A stretch of 64,000 bases of DNA from Terriglobia bacterium (GTDB taxonomy: Bacteria > Acidobacteriota > Terriglobia > 20CM-2-55-15), in contig CBDAOY010000006.1 in the NCBI GenBank assembly GCA_965198225.1, positions 512,001 through 576,000 of the forward strand. The letters are read 5' to 3'. Every line of letters begins with the position of its first letter. Position 1 is the first letter of the stretch. The translations under genes were made by a program, and so were the position numbers. Below the pieces are notes generated by a model. It saw only the letters and a program-made list of their open reading frames with translations, was not told where the DNA came from and ran no database searches. This document shows positions 60,905-64,000 of this stretch, piece by piece.

Positions 60905-60969
60905 GCAGACCTCCCATTGAATGTGGATTCGTTAGGCGGGCCACTATATAGCAAGCATTGCGCAAACGC

Positions 60970-60990
60970 AAAAAAGGGGGCAGAGCCCCC
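60970..60990 (-). terminator. Putative intrinsic terminator
   Basis: Minus strand GGGGG-CTCTG-CCCCC-TTTTTT downstream of the DUF5916 gene. Confidence 0.55.
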
Positions 60991-61207
60991 ATTACCCTAA
61001 TTCTTTCGCCACTTATTTCAGTCTGATGAGGGAGGGCACTTCGGGGCCGGCTTCCAGGAACTCTTTCAAGCTACCTTCGGAGGGCCGTCAAGAGCCGTGG
61101 TCATGAGCGCGTAAAGAACAAACCTGGCAATGGCTGGCGCCCCAAGTCGTGAATCGGGCTACGCCTTCCAGGGGTGGGGCATCGGTGCTGCAGCCCTGGA
61201 CGAAAAA

Positions 61208-63448
61208 CTAGAACCGAAACAGGCGATTGAGTTTGACGATGAATGCCCGGTTCTGAAGGTCCGGGAAGCCGCCCGTATCCCGCGTGTCGTTGTAGACGAT
61301 GAAGAGCTCGCTGCCGGGTTGATACTCCCACCGAAACCGTACGTTCGCGGCGACTGAATGGCGGCTGGAGTTGTACTGCACCAGCCCGCTGACGAACATC
61401 TTGGGCGTCAGCGTGTATGTCAATCGCGAACCGACCAGGTTCGTCGTGAACGATCCAACCGGCAGCGTCACCCGGTTCACCGACACGCTCGGCTCGATGG
61501 CCAGCTGCGGGCTGATCTCCACTCGGCCTCGACGGTAGCCGACCGTGGTCTTGTCACCGCCGAAGAACGAGCCGTGTTCGATGGACAGAATCCCGGACGC
61601 TTTACGGTGCTGGCCCATGGTCAAACGGACCCCGAGCGTGCCGAAGCTGTAACCGCCCACGGGAATCGTCACCCCCGGCGTAATCCGGAAGGGCTGCTTG
61701 AGGAACTCGTAGGTGTCGGTGTAGCTCACGTTCAAGGCATCGCTGTTCTCGAACTCGATCCCGAACTCGCCGCGGCTTTCGCGCGTTTCGAGCCGTCCGG
61801 GACCGTCCTCGATGTAGTTGAGCGATCCAATCCAGGAGAACTTGCGTACGCGCGCGATGGAGGCGGGTCGGGGACTGAAACGTAATTGAGCGAAGCTCTT
61901 GCGCACGTCATCGCGGCGGAGGAACCCAATCTCGGGATTGAAGTTGTCGCCGATCCTCAACCGTTCCAGCTCCACACCGTAGCGATCTCCGTCGTAGTTG
62001 AGGTCCAGGCGGTAACTCGTGTCGTCCCCCCGCAAGCCCTCGGTCCGTGTCCGGGCCCAATACGTATTGATGGCGAAATTGTTGAAGAATGCAAACGTAC
62101 CGTCGACTCCGTAAGTGTCGTTCGAACCGACACCGTTCACGGCGACGGACCGCCGCGCGAAGATCCCGCCGATCGAGCTCCGGCGCAGCAGATCGCGTTT
62201 GACGCGGAGGACCGAGAAATTCGTCGACGGGGTGTTGAAGACCGCGTCCTCATCGGTCGTGATGCTGAGCGCGCCTACGCCGAATGCGCCGACACGGCCC
62301 GTGAGCCGGCCCCCCGCCTGGATGTCGATTTCCCGTCCCCGGTCGAGGCCGATCCGGCGACTGAAGAACAGAATGGGCGTGTCGCCGACACCGAGTCTCC
62401 CGGTCACGCCGGCAAATTGAAACAAGCCCTGGTTTTCCAGAAAGAACTCGCGCTTTTCCGGAAAGAAGAGGCTGAAGCGAGTGAGGTTGACCTGCTGTTC
62501 GTCCGCCTCGACCTGCGCGAAGTCGGTGTTGTAGGTGAAGTCGGCGGTGAGGTTTTGCGTCACGCCGTATTTCACGTCGAGCCCCGCGTCGCCTCCAGGG
62601 TCGTTGGAGATGGCGGGAGAAGCGGTGATGTCAGTTTTCAGATCCGAGATCACGTAGGGTTTGATTTCGAGATTGCGAGAACCCGGCGGAGCCTCGATGC
62701 CGACCAGCGTCGCGGCCTGCGACGTCTGGAAAATGCCTCGTATGCCCAGGGCGTTCGGAACGCGGGTCACGTACGAGATCTCGTTCTTCCACCGGTTGAT
62801 GCGGCGGGCGTTGAAACCCCAGACCTGGTCCCGCCCGGGCCGATAGCGCAGCGACTTGAACGGGACCGCGGTCTCGAGCGTCCAGCCGCCGGCGAATCGT
62901 CCGGTCGCATGGTCCCAGATGGGGTTCCAGTCGGGGTTGTACTGACGTTCGTTGGTGACCTGGCCATCCAGGCGTCCGCCAATCGCGTTGATGTGGAACA
63001 GGACACCGTTCCGACGGTCGTAGTACGTGTCGAGAATGAACGCGACGGTTTCGTTCTGGAGGATGTTTGGGGTGCTGTCACGCCGCATTTCGTTGACGAT
63101 CATCCGGTCCGGCTCGCTTTCCCACACCCGGAACGCGACGTACAGGTTTGTCTGATCGAACGAGACCCACACTTCCGTTTTTTGCGTTGCGGGCGCTCCG
63201 TCGTTCGGTTCGACCTGGATGAAGTCCGAGACCGGAGGCGTGGAGGAATACAGTGACTCGTCAAGTTGCCCGTCGATGCGTAGCGGGGTGGCGACCCGGG
63301 TCGCACGAATCGTAGCCCTGCCTTCCGTATCCCGTGCGATCGTGGCCGGGGGGTCCGGTGGAGGTGGACCGTCGACTTGCTGCGCGTGTGCGCCTGCGGA
63401 AAACAGGAGGCCAATCAGTAGCCCGACACCAGTTGTTGTTCGATCCAA
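61208..63448 (-). CDS. CBM9-like plus DUF5916 outer-membrane protein
   Basis: IDGQLDE, WTLETAVPFKSLRY, NTDFAQVEAD, RFSLFFPEKREFFLE and FFSRRIG; C-terminal Phe. Confidence 0.88.
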   Translation of the reverse strand: MDRTTTGVGLLIGLLFSAGAHAQQVDGPPPPDPPATIARDTEGRATIRATRVATPLRIDGQLDESLYSSTPPVSDFIQVEPNDGAPATQKTEVWVSFDQTNLYVAFRVWESEPDRMIVNEMRRDSTPNILQNETVAFILDTYYDRRNGVLFHINAIGGRLDGQVTNERQYNPDWNPIWDHATGRFAGGWTLETAVPFKSLRYRPGRDQVWGFNARRINRWKNEISYVTRVPNALGIRGIFQTSQAATLVGIEAPPGSRNLEIKPYVISDLKTDITASPAISNDPGGDAGLDVKYGVTQNLTADFTYNTDFAQVEADEQQVNLTRFSLFFPEKREFFLENQGLFQFAGVTGRLGVGDTPILFFSRRIGLDRGREIDIQAGGRLTGRVGAFGVGALSITTDEDAVFNTPSTNFSVLRVKRDLLRRSSIGGIFARRSVAVNGVGSNDTYGVDGTFAFFNNFAINTYWARTRTEGLRGDDTSYRLDLNYDGDRYGVELERLRIGDNFNPEIGFLRRDDVRKSFAQLRFSPRPASIARVRKFSWIGSLNYIEDGPGRLETRESRGEFGIEFENSDALNVSYTDTYEFLKQPFRITPGVTIPVGGYSFGTLGVRLTMGQHRKASGILSIEHGSFFGGDKTTVGYRRGRVEISPQLAIEPSVSVNRVTLPVGSFTTNLVGSRLTYTLTPKMFVSGLVQYNSSRHSVAANVRFRWEYQPGSELFIVYNDTRDTGGFPDLQNRAFIVKLNRLFRF

Positions 63449-63670
63449 ACCTATAACCTGCCCGACTTCAACGCCTTAGAGACGAAAGGAAAGTATCGCA
63501 CAGTCTACCAGACCAACGGGGAAGGAGCGCCGGTCAATCAAGCTTTCCCGAGAATTAAGATGCGGGGACGGGGTCTTTGACGGGCCGGAGGTGGCCCCAC
63601 CGGGATGATATTCCCTCTCGTCCGGGATCGAAATGCCGGTACCATACGGCGAAGCGAATGGAGGTGTTCC

Positions 63671-64000
63671 ATGTCCCGGCCAACAACAACGTTCCCAAAC
63701 CGCCGCACAACCACCGCCGCCTGGCTCGGGGTGGTCTATCTCGCCGTGTCCTTCGTCGGCGCCGGTTCTGCCGCCGCGCAGACGTATCCTGGCGAGTCGT
63801 GGTCCAAGGCGGCATCGCCGGAGGCCGTCGGCTGGTCCTCGGACAAACTGAAAGCGGCGCGGGCGTACACCGACACCATCTCGACCGCGGCCGTTATGAT
63901 CGTCCATCGCGGCACCGTCGTCGACGAGTGGGGCGAAACGACCCGCAGGTTCAACGTTCATTCCGTCCGAAAGAGCCTGGTCAGTGCGATGTACGGAGTC
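63671..64000 (+). CDS. Serine hydrolase (beta-lactamase-like), N-terminus only, running off the window
   Basis: GGAGG RBS; signal peptide; YPGESW...SPEAVGWS...HSVRKS (SxxK); frame open to 64000. Confidence 0.85.
   Translation, partial: MSRPTTTFPNRRTTTAAWLGVVYLAVSFVGAGSAAAQTYPGESWSKAASPEAVGWSSDKLKAARAYTDTISTAAVMIVHRGTVVDEWGETTRRFNVHSVRKSLVSAMYGV

Overview
This is a GC-rich bacterial chromosomal window, most likely Acidobacteriota: it carries an ADOP-type permease remnant, an acidobacterial-type VWA protein, an ECF/Ser-Thr kinase pair, a PQQ dehydrogenase plus cytochrome c pair and many Tat/Sec-exported hydrolases. No rRNA, tRNA or CRISPR array was seen. About 45 intact genes are interleaved with a patchwork of decay and mobile DNA: a kinase missing its catalytic core, a frameshifted phospholipase D, a frameshifted ParE-type toxin-antitoxin pair, two IS91-family remnants, an intact IS4 (9-bp TSD) nested in an IS91 end, a 277-bp IS630-like MITE, nested REP palindromes, and an IS21 with atypical ends that splits a DUF4157 (eCIS core) plus metallopeptidase gene. 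The best candidates for new biology are: (1) an exported uORF with an LRAP motif and an SD-sequestering leader in front of a stand-alone secD; (2) a TetR-controlled gene run linking a UbiB/Coq8 kinase to a Coq4-like protein; (3) an Omp85-DUF4390-NtrY/NtrX-like operon; (4) a DAACS transporter with rewired substrate and cation sites; (5) a convergent pair of paralogous uncharacterised secreted proteins. All family assignments come from motif recognition by eye, not from database searches.
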